Of a stretch of 64,000 nt of DNA, positions 52,864 through 63,500 are shown one piece after another. Each line of letters begins with the position of its first letter. Positions within the stretch are counted from its first letter, which is position 1. The notes beneath the pieces are model-generated. The model ran no database searches and was not told the DNA's origin. It was given only the letters and a program-made list of their open reading frames with translations. The position numbers and the translations under genes were made by a program. Source of the DNA: Paraspadella gotoi (Eukaryota; Animalia; Chaetognatha); NCBI GenBank assembly GCA_051294375.1, contig CM119263.1:14993574-15057573 (forward strand), in the 5' to 3' direction.

Positions 52864-55800
52864 AGAGAGAAGAGTGTTGCTGCCAAAGAGATTTCCCTCT
52901 CCATTTTCATTTCTTTTTCTCTCTTCTTCTTCTTTCTTATTTTTTTCTTTCGTTCTGTTATTCTTTCATTTTCTTTTTTTCTTGACCCCGAGTCTCAAGT
53001 TCGAGTTTAATAGTCGCGCGACGCAACGCTAGAGTTCACCCCCCGAGTCTTTTTTTTTGCCAAACTATTTATAGTCGACTTTAGTGTTTAGCGAAACTAT
53101 AATGTGCGGTACAATAGGCAATTTGAACCGTTACGGCAAGCATTACAAGTTAACGTATAAATTTTCTACAGGGCGCGACTTAGACAGGCAAATAGCGATA
53201 CAACTTGTGATTACCATAANNNNNNNNNNNNNNNNNNNNNNNNNTTTGAAAAAGGGGAACCTAGACAGCGTCTGCAAATACAAGATGTAGAAAATAAAAC
53301 AGATACACAACTTATTAAATTAAACTTACAAATTCGGAACTTAACGACATAAGAGGTAGGTAGTAGGAACAGCAAAATTGCATTTGAATCGCTCATTGGT
53401 CTTGGAGTTTTGGGCATAACAATAATAATTCTAAAATCTTCAAACCGAAAGCGAAGGATACTTTATTTAGAAAAGCAAAAATTCACAGAGCTGTACTTTT
53501 AATATGAACAAAATGAGCACATTTTACTGCTTCCTCTTTTTTTTCATTTCTTTTCTCGCGATTGACGCGAACGAGTGAAAACCTCACAACTTTGATACCT
53601 TCCATGCCGAAGGCTCACTGACATCTCTGGCGCGTGATCACCCGTAAAAATCTTGCAGAACACTCAGGCAACTGCATGATGGATTCAAACCATCTATTGG
53701 GGAACACACCCGAGCCGGCGGATCAACTAAATCACTCAATGTTATTTTAATACCATACAATCAGCATATGCCCCTAATTACTTGTTCTCATGGTACTTAG
53801 ATTTATGAATTTCGCCAGTTATCGCCGTCTCGGCCGCTGCCTCCCGCCTGGCCCTAAGTTGACTACGCGACGATCGCCGCGTAACTCTGCCGCCGCCGCT
53901 GGCGCCGAGCACCGTCCGCAGCGCCAGGAAGCACAACGCCGCGAATACCGTCTCCACTCTCGAATAGTCTTGCTGACGAGGTGAATCTTTTCATAAGACG
54001 ACTCTCTTTCCCTCATACACTTCTCCCATGCTGTTCCTTAATACCTGCGGCACTCCGCGGGCCGACACACCGCTCCAGTCAGCAACCTGTCTTCACCGCC
54101 ACAAGATATACTTATACAACTGCGAATTGCCCGAATTGATTCATGTACCAGATGTCTACCGACCATTGCAAGCTAAAAGACTACTGTATGATCGTGAAAT
54201 CTGCCTTCGTTCATCTGATCTCTAGTGGGCATAAGCATCCTTGCAAACCCCTCATAATTGACCATCAACGAAAGCGTATGAAGCTCTAGAAGTCCAAACG
54301 ATATTATCCAGATCATAAGCAGAGGATCAAGAAGCTCCTCTCTTCCTAAGTCAACGCCTCCCATTAAACTCACACTTTGCTCTCCACACAATATCCAGTT
54401 CCGTCTTCTGCGGATCCTCCCTCCTCTTTGCTAAGAGAGCAATAAGGATTGTATGGATAGTTAAATTATGCCGACTGAACAATCATACGGATTGCAGCCC
54501 AAGACATTAGCTACAACATCCCGACACCTTGTCATGAGATTATCGGGGGCATAGTCTCCACAAACCTACTGTCATACATATGTCCTTCTTATCTTCGTTA
54601 TCTGATGCCTCGATCTCCGACATCTTAACATACCGCTTCTGTATAATGCTTCCTTTATTTCCTTCTTCGTCCAACGCCCACTCTTGGCTCAGTAGCCTCA
54701 GACATTAACTTATCTACGGATTATGTATGTGCTTGTAGCTGGTTGCCCATAGAATTAACATGTACATTACATGATCACCAAATTAATCCACATTTAACTC
54801 GCCGTCTTAACATGCGTATTAGGGTCTAACGCACATTGAAGTGACAAAGAGCGTGCACTTGAAGAGGTACCCGGCATGTGATAGACTGAAAGAGAAGGAA
54901 ACATCAACTCAACTACGCTGCGTGTATACGTGTATTACCTAGTGATGGGGTGTTTTTTGCGGATTTGCCATCTCTCGTCCTTTTTTTTTTTTTTTTTCTG
55001 GTTTCACTCGCCTGTCACGCTAATTCTAACATAGAGGAACTAAGAGCTTGAATATCTAACGTTTCTGTCCTCTGGTGATTCATCTTGTGAGACTTCGCAG
55101 CCGTTTAAAAGACATCGTGTTCAAAGTTGCGGTGATTCTTTATCCTCTCGTTTCGAATATTCCAATCTCTTTCGCGAAGGAACGCCTCTCCGCACGTACG
55201 ACGCCGAGAGAATGGATAAGCTCTGCAGAAAAAGTTAGCCTACCAACTCTTTTCCTCATCATTAATGAAAAATGATCTTAAATTTTATTGGTTAAAATGA
55301 TCTTAAATTTTAATTGGTCAAAATGATCTTAAATTTTAATTGGTTTCTTTACCTTTTTTCGTCCTTGGATCAGTCTTTGTCTTCGCCGCTTTTCTTCTTG
55401 TGCTTCTTCGACAAATGTTGTCCTCGGTCTTCGTCGTCGTCCTACTCATGGTCCCCATAGAAAGAACCTGCATTAAGGTTGTCGTCTTCATCGTTGTTGT
55501 CTTCCTCCTCTTCTCAGACATATTTATCATCAAAAAAAAAAAAAAAACAATTTTCGAAACCATAAATTCTTTTTTACGATTTCGAGGAGAGCGAGGAAGT
55601 GGAGAGAGGAAAGAGAGAGAGGAGAGAGAGAGAGAGAGAGAGATGAGAGAAGAGAGAATGAAGAGAGAAAGAAAGGTAAGGAAAGCTCAAAGACCAAACA
55701 GAAAAGAAGCAACAGGAAGAGCGGAAAAACGAAGAAGACGAGCGAGAAGGCCCAGGGACCGGACACAGCCAGAAAGAACAAGAGACCGAAGCCAGAAGCA

Positions 55801-56078
55801 CGACGGAACCACGACGGACGCCGAAACCAGGCGGAATGACGCCAGCACGGGCCGGGAAGCAACCGCTTAGAAAAGCAAAGAGCAAAAGAGAGGGGAGCGA
55901 CGAGAGAGGAGGAGGGCGAAGGCGTGAGAGAGACCAAGAGGAGACAAGAAAGAAGGAAAAACAAGGGAAGCAAGAAAAGAAAAGAAAGAAAGAAAAGAAA
56001 AAGAAAGAAAGAGAAGAAAGAAAAAGAAAGGAAGGGGGAGAAAGCAAAGATAGAAAGAAGAGAAAGAAAGAACCGAAG

Positions 56079-56113
<35 letters not shown>

Positions 56114-59100
56114 AGATTTTTTTTTTTTTTGATGATAAATATGTCTGAGAAGAGGAGGAAGACAACAACGATGAAGACGACAACCTTAATGGCAGGTTCT
56201 TTCTATGGGGACCATGAGTAGGACGACGACGAAGACCGAGGACAACATTTGTCGAAGAAGACAAAGAAGAAAAGCGGCGAAGACAAAGACTGATCCAAGG
56301 ACGAAAAAAGGTAAAGAAACCAATTAAAATTTAAGATCATTTTGACCAATTAAAATTTAAGATCATTTTAACCAATTAAAATTTAAGATCATTTTTCATT
56401 AATGATGAGGAAAAGAGCTTGGTAGGCTAACTTTTTCTGCAGAGCTTATCCATTCTCTCGGCGTCGTACCGTAGCGGAGAGGCGTTCCTTCGCGAAAGAG
56501 ATTGATATCACGAGGAAAGAGAATACGAACGACCGAAAACGTGCTGCGAAGTCTCAGACAAAGACAAGCCCATCGCGAAAAGAAAAAAAAAGACGAGAGC
56601 AAACCGCAAACACCCCCTCCTTACCCGGCAGCAGCCTTTGTCTCACGCCGCAGACGAGGAGTCGCGAAAAGATTTCCCTCGTCAGCAAGACTTCGAGAGT
56701 GGAGACGGTTTCGCGGCGCTTCGGCGCTGCGGCGTCGGCGCCAGCGGCGGCAGAACCGGCGATCGTCGTAGTCACGCCATCGAGCAGCTGCGACGGCGAA
56801 TCGGCGAAGTACCTGAAACAAAAGGGCATCGATTAAAACAATGGCTCGGATTCAAAGATTTGACAATAGAGTTCGCTCGCGTTCGCGTCAATCGAGAACA
56901 AAGAATGAAAAAAAGAGAAGCAGTAAAATGTCCTCATTTTGTTCATTAAAAGTACAGCAGGCTGTGAATTTTGCTTTTCTAATTTAATATCCGCTTCGGT
57001 TTGAGATTTTAGAATTAATTATCAAAACTCCACCAATGAGCGATTTCAAATGCAAATTCTGTTCCTCCTCTGTCGTTAAATCCGAATGTAATTTAATTTT
57101 AATATATTTTATATTCTAGTATTCAGCCTTCTCGGTTCCCTTTTCAAAAAAAAAACCCTTTTAAGTGATTAAAATCGAGTCGAAAAAGAGGAACAGGAGA
57201 AAAACCTGAAAAAGTATTTTTTTTAAAAAAAATATGCTGATCGAATAAATGATCTTTTTTTTCACTTGACACTTTTCCTTCGGGGCGAAAAATGGTCAGC
57301 GGACAAATAGAATCCACTGACGGGTAAAGGAGTCGGGCCGCCCGACCGCCCGACCGCCGGGCAAATCCAAACGCAAATGGAAAAAGTAAATTGAGAGGAA
57401 AGAAAGAGGGAGAAAAAAAGAGAGGATGGAAGGAAAAAAAAAGGGAGAAAAAAAGAGGAAAGAAGGAGAAATAAGGAAAGACGACGTTACCCCTTTTTCC
57501 GCCGACTTTGGTTAATTAAAATCTCTCTCTCTCTCTCTCTCTTCTTCTCATCCTCCTTTCTCTGCTGTCTCTCTCTTCTCTCTCTCTCTTCTCTCTCTTC
57601 TCTCTCTCTCTCTCTGAGAAGAGGTAATTAATAATGAGTCGAGTCCTTCGTTTGTGTTTTCTCACTCTACGAATCAAAAAAAAAAAAAAAAAAAAAATTA
57701 AATAAGGTGAGAAAGGTACACGTCGAAAATTCAACGACTCGACCGAAAGATGTCGAATAAAAATAAAAAAAGAAAAAAAGGAAAAAGAATAAAGGGGGAA
57801 AAAAAAGGGTGAATAAAAAGAAGAGAATGAAGAAGGGATAGAATGCTGGACACAAGGGACTCGCATCAATCGAGCTCCACCTTGACCTTTCATTCGCCCT
57901 CCGTCTTCCTCGATTTCTTTTCACCTCATTTTTTTTTTAACCGTGAAAATCTTTCGCGAAGAGGAGACCCTTGTACGGATAAGTTTCTATCTGCTTCACA
58001 TTTCACTAAAGGTTGTTTCAATCTCCACCTCCATTCTGACTCAAGATCTGAGTCGACAGAGTTTGGGTGACCGAGTCCCGATTCGCTTCATAAACATTTA
58101 ACGTCGGAGTTTTCACTTTGTTCCGCTTCACATTCGATTTGTCCGCTTCGTATTTTGTTAAGTTGACACCCGTTGCCTCCCGATCGTCACACCTGTTTCT
58201 TCCCTCTCATTCGCCTCACCGTGTTTTCCGCCTCACCTCACCCACCTCACTCGACTTCTGTCCACTCTTTCCGTTCAAAAACCTTCGGCCTTGAACTTAC
58301 CCCATCGATCATTCTATTCTGTCGAATAAATCTCTGGGATTTCGATGTCTTCCGAATTTATCCTTGGGTCGTCGTCGTCGTCGTCGCGGACTTTAAACTT
58401 ACTTTTTCTCCCCTTCTGTCCTTGCAGTTCGGACTTACGCGCTAAGTCCGGGAAAATATTTTTTTTTTGGAGCAAAAACGTGTGGTCTGTGATTATTCCT
58501 CTCGGATAGTCGTGAAGCCTAGGGGTTGTCACACGTTCACAATCATCTTTCTCCTTTTGTCTTTCTGTCTTCTTTCTATCCTCTCTTTTTTTTTAGACGC
58601 CCTAAGGGTTTTCCAGCGTCGCTCCACCACGAGCACGCGTACGACCGTGCCGTCACCTTAATCATTCACCGCGACGCCCCGAGGCGCTGGTTTACTCTTT
58701 CCTTACCCTTTCGCCCTTTACGTTCTTATCGCCAAGCCCCCTGCCGTCTCGCGAACACTCACCACGACAGGGTGGGCTCCGGAGTTCCGCCTTGCACGCT
58801 GCACGTGACCTGGACCCGGTCGCCGACGTTGTTGCCGCTGCTGTCGTCGACGCGCATGACGGGCGACGAGGGGGGATCTGATAGAGAGAGAGGGAGAGAG
58901 AGAGAGAGAGAGAGAGACATCAAAACGATTGTCAGAAAGTAAAACTGACGCGGAAACAAAAGACGAAGTCACGGAAAGTCGCTGCTGAAAGAAACGGAAT
59001 GACGTACAAAGGCCATTTTTAACATTCATATTTTTAGTTTTTAACATCCATAGGTTATTAATAGGGCAGAGACTTTTAATATAGTAAAACAAAAACTAAT

Positions 59101-59286
59101 AAAATTAAACAAAATAAACAATGAGTTACGTTGAATGTCGAGCACGATCTCCGACCACGTAGTCTTCGGATCTTGACTCGTCCCGTAGTTGGCGTTGCAT
59201 CGGAATTTGGCGCCGTCGAAGGCGTCAACGCTGACGACGCCGAGAGAGAGCGTCGAGTACGAGTCAGACGTTTTGTCTCTGTGGGG

Positions 59287-59368
<82 letters not shown>

Positions 59369-60024
59369 TAGAAGAAAATGGTGTTAAAGTGGGAAGGAGC
59401 TGAGCTTAAGCACGAAATGATTCAAAGTGACTCCCTTAAAATAGTTAAGTTTTGTACGTTTACGGAAAAGTGTGAACGGCTCACCTTGCGTTGACCACTT
59501 CGCTTCGAACGATTTTCCTGGGGACAACGATAAAAAAATTCGGTTAAATATAAATGGTTGATAATTAAAAAGAGATAGATGATAGATAGTAATTAGTATA
59601 TAAAATGATTGGAAAGAGTTGTTAAAAATTAGAGTAAAAATACGAAGAAAGAAAAAATTTGGATTACAAATAAAAAGAAAGTGTAAAGATTAGAAAAAAG
59701 AAAAATCTAATTAGAAAGAAAATGATGAGAAATGATGAATCCATGTTAAAAAAAAAAGTATTAGGAGAAAACATTCTTAATTTTATTTTTATGTCTCTTT
59801 CTTCTCCCCCACCCCACCCCCTTCCTCTCACCTCGTCTCCGTCTCCACAACTCGACTGACACCACCACCTTCGTCCACCGTCTCCCATCGCAGCCTCGTC
59901 GCCGGCTTCGCGCCCCAAGAGACGCACTCCAGGCTGATGAGTCCTTCCTGGACGGAGAGGCGGTCGCCAGTCTTGACCGAGTTCGCCGGGCCGCTGATGA
60001 TCGGGCGCAGCGGGTTGGGTTCCA
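19642..60024 (-). CDS. NPHS1: Nephrin-like Ig-superfamily adhesion receptor, multi-exon, 5' partial (28 exons, ~1700 aa in window)
   Basis: GC-rich exons with GT/AG ends whose phases chain consistently. Architecture is 8 Ig + FN3 + TM + long tail. First Ig reads LECVSWGAKPATRLRW (resembles nephrin Ig2). A Cys-less Ig sits at the nephrin-typical position. C-terminus ERGHLV* matches the nephrin/Sns end (RGHLV/GHLV). Confidence 0.9.
20703..21210. mobile_element. MITE-like element with 18-bp inverted repeats
   Basis: TAATCGCGACCGAGATTA (20703-20720) and TAATCTCGGTCGCGATTA (21193-21210). Confidence 0.55.
21917..22275 (-). CDS. NPHS1: nephrin cytoplasmic exon
   Basis: RSPRLASRP..SSEYLKPL..PPPFAQ G|gtacg, phase 2-1. 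Confidence 0.7.
22916..22950. repeat. perfect 17-bp inverted repeat with 1-nt spacer
   Basis: TACTTTCTCTACTATGA-T-TCATAGTAGAGAAAGTA. Confidence 0.9.
23162..23358 (-). CDS. NPHS1: nephrin cytoplasmic exon
   Basis: SHSVPGRPFDRPVSAY..VSTYG AG|gttcg, phase 0-2. Confidence 0.7.
25428..25569 (-). CDS. NPHS1: nephrin cytoplasmic exon
   Basis: TDYLPVSG..SHYDEMGQ..GLGS|gtgag, phase 2-0. Confidence 0.75.
25718..25871 (-). CDS. NPHS1: nephrin cytoplasmic exon
   Basis: RPDPRLDRVGTASVGGS..SISSTQ AG|gtgg, phase 1-2. Confidence 0.7.
26832..26918 (-). CDS. NPHS1: nephrin cytoplasmic exon
   Basis: gtcag|GT DVNVGVDDVADDVASANFDNDLDDAGAA T|gtgag, C-ending codon bias. Confidence 0.65.
27264..27443 (-). CDS. 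NPHS1: nephrin cytoplasmic exon (acceptor ambiguous: 27428, 27443 or 27478)
   Basis: ..PEYDDDDGAGTPLEF G|gtatg; two reading frames are open. Confidence 0.6.
28752..28968 (-). CDS. NPHS1: nephrin cytoplasmic exon
   Basis: NEELKYINETK..NG-rich..DDPYATMRSNHAT G|gtagg, phase 0-1. Confidence 0.8.
29453..29682 (-). CDS. NPHS1: nephrin cytoplasmic exon
   Basis: GSETTTDSATPPNGMELY..DFDDYSKQF..GQK|gtgaa, phase 1-0. Confidence 0.8.
30284..30415 (-). CDS. NPHS1: nephrin exon (transmembrane helix)
   Basis: IAIVAACVGGFVLILINVVIICVCV followed by basic RRNKKK, phase 1-1. Confidence 0.92.
30696..31070 (-). CDS. NPHS1: nephrin exon (FN3 domain)
   Basis: PPERPTNL..LSWVPGFDGGLPQTF..GLEPDTEYRLSVSAKNRMG, phase 1-1. 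Confidence 0.93.
31108..31203 (+). repeat. (GAT)n microsatellite
   Basis: direct inspection. Confidence 0.9.
31474..31836 (-). CDS. NPHS1: nephrin exon (Ig9)
   Basis: GSLTCVANGAPSVAFSW..STLTISGVVDEDFGTYVCSASNRLG, phase 1-1. Confidence 0.92.
32045..32202 (-). CDS. NPHS1: nephrin exon (Ig8 end)
   Basis: IPRVERLDGGLYTCVGNN..VKLVVN|gtaag; acceptor ctcag, phase 2-1. Confidence 0.9.
32785..33098 (-). CDS. NPHS1: nephrin exon (Ig7 end / Ig8 start)
   Basis: VLSIFHVHRSAAGDYLVSAANARG..VDFPPEF..ATLTCAAVAHP..LTWKR, phase 0-2. Confidence 0.9.
33209..33300 (-). CDS. NPHS1: nephrin exon (Ig7 middle)
   Basis: ctcag|GT RYVDIVST..NKMMFQ|gtcgg, phase 1-0. Confidence 0.75.
33425..33571 (-). CDS. NPHS1: nephrin exon (Cys-less Ig7 start)
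   Basis: YAPVF..VLEGDNKTFTEFAVSANPPVTEYRWMR, phase 1-1. Confidence 0.85.
33838..33978 (-). CDS. NPHS1: nephrin exon (Ig6 end)
   Basis: AYRGQHTRSTLSFRSAYSHDKMRFTCSATHFLG..FGVE|gtgagt, phase 1-1. Confidence 0.9.
34016..34101 (+). repeat. (GATT)n microsatellite
   Basis: direct inspection. Confidence 0.9.
34117..34308 (-). CDS. NPHS1: nephrin exon (Ig6 start)
   Basis: VVLECESPSSNPPASITWF, phase 1-1. Confidence 0.9.
34627..34842 (-). CDS. NPHS1: nephrin exon (Ig5 end)
   Basis: Ser-rich..RLVLLLRRSSNGVEMCCRVQHPVY..FGVK|gtgag; acceptor chosen by phase. Confidence 0.75.
34964..35092 (-). CDS. NPHS1: nephrin exon (Ig5 start)
   Basis: APERVVM..FKEGDSVEIGCAAIGESHPRASVSLFN|gtgagt, phase 1-1. Confidence 0.85.
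36827..36839 (+). promoter_or_regulatory. candidate nuclear-receptor DR1 element in a GC-rich intronic island
   Basis: GGGTCA-A-AGGTCA, the consensus for HNF4/COUP-TF/RXR/TR2-4. Confidence 0.35.
38719..38812 (-). CDS. NPHS1: nephrin exon (Ig4 end)
   Basis: tccag|DDQLQNTRIDCEAVGGIGTTPVYATKFLKTM G|gtatg, phase 0-1. Confidence 0.8.
39008..39091 (-). CDS. NPHS1: nephrin exon (Ig4 middle)
   Basis: cgcag|TRGDPSHQRIKTVTGWISESNITIDINR|gtaag, phase 0-0. Confidence 0.8.
42298..42489 (+). pseudogene. inverted, frameshifted copy of nephrin exon 47249-47427 (probably artefact)
   Basis: same sequence and splice sites, with scattered indels. Confidence 0.7.
47249..47427 (-). CDS. NPHS1: nephrin exon (Ig3/Ig4 junction); the intact, correctly oriented copy
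   Basis: GVVSANLSLPVNFAPARLHIIG..HVITCRTEPANPPWDVKWSIQPNPTFQ|gtacat, phase 1-0, open frame. Confidence 0.8.
49589..49763 (+). pseudogene. second inverted, frameshifted copy of exon 47249-47427 (probably artefact)
   Basis: same sequence, mostly 1-nt deletions. Confidence 0.7.
53790..54005 (+). pseudogene. heavily insertion-degraded inverted copy of exon 56625-56812
   Basis: shared anchors such as gccgccgctggcgccga and accgtctccactctcgaa..gtcttgctgacgagg. Confidence 0.65.
56625..56812 (-). CDS. NPHS1: nephrin exon (Ig3 end)
   Basis: tttcag|G YFADS..TVSTLEVLLTREIFSRLLVCGVRQRLLP|gtaag, phase 2-1. Confidence 0.8.
58763..58877 (-). CDS. NPHS1: nephrin exon (Ig3 start)
   Basis: PPSSPVM..GDRVQVTCSVQGGTPEPTLSW|gtgag, phase 1-2. 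Confidence 0.9.
59130..59278 (-). CDS. NPHS1: nephrin exon (Ig2, second half)
   Basis: DKTSDSYSTLSLGVVSVDAFDGAKFRCNANY..IVLDIQ, phase 2-1. Confidence 0.85.
59485..59517 (-). CDS. NPHS1: nephrin 33-nt microexon
   Basis: cccag|G AAA ATC GTT CGA AGC GAA GTG GTC AAC GCA AG|gtgagc, symmetric phase 2-2. Confidence 0.6.
59832..60024 (-). CDS. NPHS1: nephrin exon (Ig2, first half)
   Basis: cag|..EPNPLRPIISGP..ISLECVSWGAKPATRLRWE..|gtgag, phase 1-2. Confidence 0.85.
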
Positions 60025-60509
60025 CTGTGGAGGAGAGAGAATATAATCAAATGTGTTTCCGAATGATAGATTATTATAACGACACTATTTCACAAAGAGA
60101 ATTGATATTACGTAAAATACATGACGAAATATTTTTTAAAAAAATAATCATTAATTGTACTAATTATACTATGATTGTCATCGTTGCTATTATAAGTCAG
60201 TTATGTTATATCTTATTAATTATTCATTTCTCCGTTTAAAAATTGACCTTTACAAAGGATTCTATTTTTAATCATTTTTTAACGGATAGATTCGACGAAG
60301 GGGAAAAGTACGAAACTATCATCAATCGCTTTTCGACGCCTCGAGTTTCCTTCTCTCAACTTGGCGGAAGAAAAAAGCTTAGAGTTTATAAATCAAGTCT
60401 TCCGTTGTTAAAATTAGTTTACATCGAAATCCAGAGTTTATCATAAAGTTTATGATTCTTTTTTTTCCCATAAATCTGCTATCGAGGGAAGGAGAAAGAA
60501 GGAGAGAGA

Positions 60510-60556
<47 letters not shown>

Positions 60557-63500
60557 TGGTAAACAGAAAAAAGACGTGAATTTTCGTCCAGAGGTGGAAT
60601 AATAAAAGTCGAATGTCATGGAGATCGTTTTTCAAATCTGTTTCCAAGGGCGAGAGACGAAAGCGTTATGAAAGAGATGATAAGGATAATGTGAGATTGA
60701 TAACCTTGATGAGAGAGACGATAACGATGGGAAATTAAAAAAAAATTGTGGAAAGAGGTTGTCATGAGTGGATTGTGTATGACAACGAGATCTAGTTTAT
60801 TAATTGAAAGGGGAAAAAACCAACAGATAATCGTTTCTCACCAATTTGGAATTATTCACGAAAATCGAAATCAGAGAACTTTTTAATCCTGAAAACTCCG
60901 AGAGCAGCGACCCCTTAAGAGCCTCTCTCACAGAGTGAGTGAGTTTTTTCACCGCAGTATGACCCAAAGTACGAATTAGGGAGAAATTTTTTTTTTTTCG
61001 GAAGAAAAAAATCTCATTCACGTCTTCACCATCGCGAGATTTTTTTTCTCACAAATTTCCTTCGCAGCCACTGAATTTTTTTTTTTCTCAAATTTCCCGA
61101 CGTTCACTTTTCCTTCTCACGACTTCTTCAATTCCTTTTTTTTCCCTTTTTTTCCCTTTGGCCCCTTTCCTTTTTTTTTATAATCGTCTGCGATTACCGA
61201 GGGTTTATGATCTCAGCCTCGGTAACGCCGATTCCCTTTTATTTTCCTTTTCACCTTCAATTTCATTTCCAATTCTCCATGCATCGCATCCCCTTCCGCC
61301 ATCCCACATTCACATCCCATTTCCTCCTCGAATCGCATCCAATATCATTACCAACTTCTTTCTTCACCTTTTATTTCATCACTTGTTCTTCTTTCTTTAA
61401 TTTTCGTTTTTTCTTTGTCAATTGTGCTTAGTAATACCATTTCTTATTTCCGTATTTCCTTCGTATTTAATTCATTTTACTCATTTCATTTTAATTCTTC
61501 TTATATATATTTGCTCCATTCGTGTTTTTTTTTCTTGAAATTCCCTCAACCTGTTTTAACCAAATATTATTTGATCCCCAACCTCGTTCTTTCTTCGCCC
61601 CCGAATCTCCCTTCCTTCTTTCATACTTTTACTTTAATCGTTCTTTAATGTTTTTCATCGCTTTCATGGCCATAAATAGGCATTTTTTATTGCCACGTCG
61701 CCGTCGTCGGCATAGTCGTCGTCAAGTATCTTGTTATTGTCAAAAATTTTTTCTCACTTTTTTTTTTCACTTTCGACATTAATAATATTAAATCGGCTCG
61801 AGCACGAAAATTCCATTTTTTTTTAAATAAAAGAAAACAAAAAAAAAACTCGACGTTCGAACCTTTCAACACAATTCCGTTATTTTATTTTGTTCGGAAT
61901 TTAATTGTGTTTTTTCTTGTTTTTATGAAGCCAGAGCCAACGTGGAAGAGGCCATTTTCCAAACCGCTCGCCAACAGGTGGGTGGTCCGAATTTTTAAAT
62001 TCCCCCCCTTCGAGTTTGACGCAAATTTCTAAGGCCGAACCAAATTCCGTTTCTTTCCTCATCGGCCTCGCTGTAACATGTACTTTGGATATTCCAATGA
62101 TCGTTTTACTAAGATTTTGACGAATTCGATATTTTTCGTTTCTCAGTTTTTTCCCTAAATCGAATATTCGACTTTTACCAAATTTGATCTTTCGCTTCCG
62201 TCGAATTCGATTTTGCCGCTTTCGCCCCCCCCCAACTTTCCCCCGCCCCCCCAAAAAAACAACCCGTCTCCGTTTTTTTACGAAATTCGAGGACGGGACC
62301 TGATGGACCTGGAAAATTGGAAACGAGCATGAAATTTCAGCATCATGGCCGACTATATCGTTGGAGGGGACCGGGAGAGGGATCATGGGGCAAGGGAGTT
62401 ACGGATGGGAGAAAAGGGGAAAACTTGTAATTCGCCTAATGACGGGATTTCTATTTAGTAGAGACGAGGGAATTAAGGGAGAAAGGAAATGGCTGGGGGG
62501 GGGGAGTGGAAGGGTGGAGGGGTTGTTTTAAAGAGGTTCGATTTAAGGAGGCGGAGATTATGACTGACTGACTGACTGACTAGTAAACATCTGGCTTCAC
62601 TCTTCTTGGACTTATACGGTGTTTCGTTTAAAGTTTAGTTATTCAGAATATAAATAGAAAAAGAAAAGTAGTTCTTTCGCCGAAAAAACTTGCTTAGAAA
62701 TTCATGCAGATTGTTTCCGAACGGTTTAGCTTTTATTGTTTAACGCATTTCGCATCATATTCCGCAGCTGCTGGCCGCGGATTCTGAGCTTTACGGTCTT
62801 TCTTGATACGAAATGCTTCACGACTTAAACGTTCGTCATGATTTGACGTTGAGTACGCAAATACGAAAAGTTTTTTTTTTCCGAACACTTTAAACCTTCT
62901 TGGCGAAATTGGACCAAATCCGAACGTCGACCCCGTAGCAACACAGGGGTTACCGACATCAGATGGAAGGAGAAAGTGGCTTGATTTCACATCCCAAGCT
63001 TCTTAGGGGCGACCCGCAATCACGGTAGGCCCGGAAACTGTCGTTAGAGAGTGGACCGGAGTGGCGAGCAGTGGTAAAGAATGGCTAGGGGCTGTGAAGT
63101 TGGTATTACCCGGGGAACGCGGATCTGAAATCGAAGCCCAGAATGGCCGACGATTACGACGAGCAATAAACCAAAAATTATGGAGAGGAAAATTGAGCCG
63201 GGAAAAAAATCGGGGGAAAAAAGAAATAATGGAAGGAATTGGAGGAGAAAAAAAGAGGAAAATAAGAAAAAAGGGGAAAAAAGGAAAGAGAAGGGGAGAG
63301 AGAAGGGCGAAAATTGAAAAAAGGATCGAAACATCGGGATTTTTTTCCCTATTTTTTTATTTTTTTTTTACTAGAGTTGGGGACAAGAGAAGAAGAGAAT
63401 GAAGGAAAGAGATGACGGGATTGATGAAGAAGCGATAACGAGTTAGTTGGGAAAATTGTAAAATTAAATAAATATTCATTTCATTTATATATTGAGATGG

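Larger units (their letters stand above)
40608..56550. repeat. fold-back (A / A-inverted / A) triplication of a ~4-kb segment plus further inverted pieces
   Basis: 40608-44930 forward, 45040-48365 reverse complement, 48367-51960 forward. 52085-53215 = rc of ~39400-40582. 53245-53570 = rc of ~56870-57150. 55150-55640 and 56110-56550 repeat the 40650-41150 region. Confidence 0.9.

Noticed and set aside
54010-55100. Compositionally random block, possibly foreign DNA
   Set aside because: Continuous with an insertion-degraded copy of neighbouring sequence; best explained as low-quality raw-read sequence
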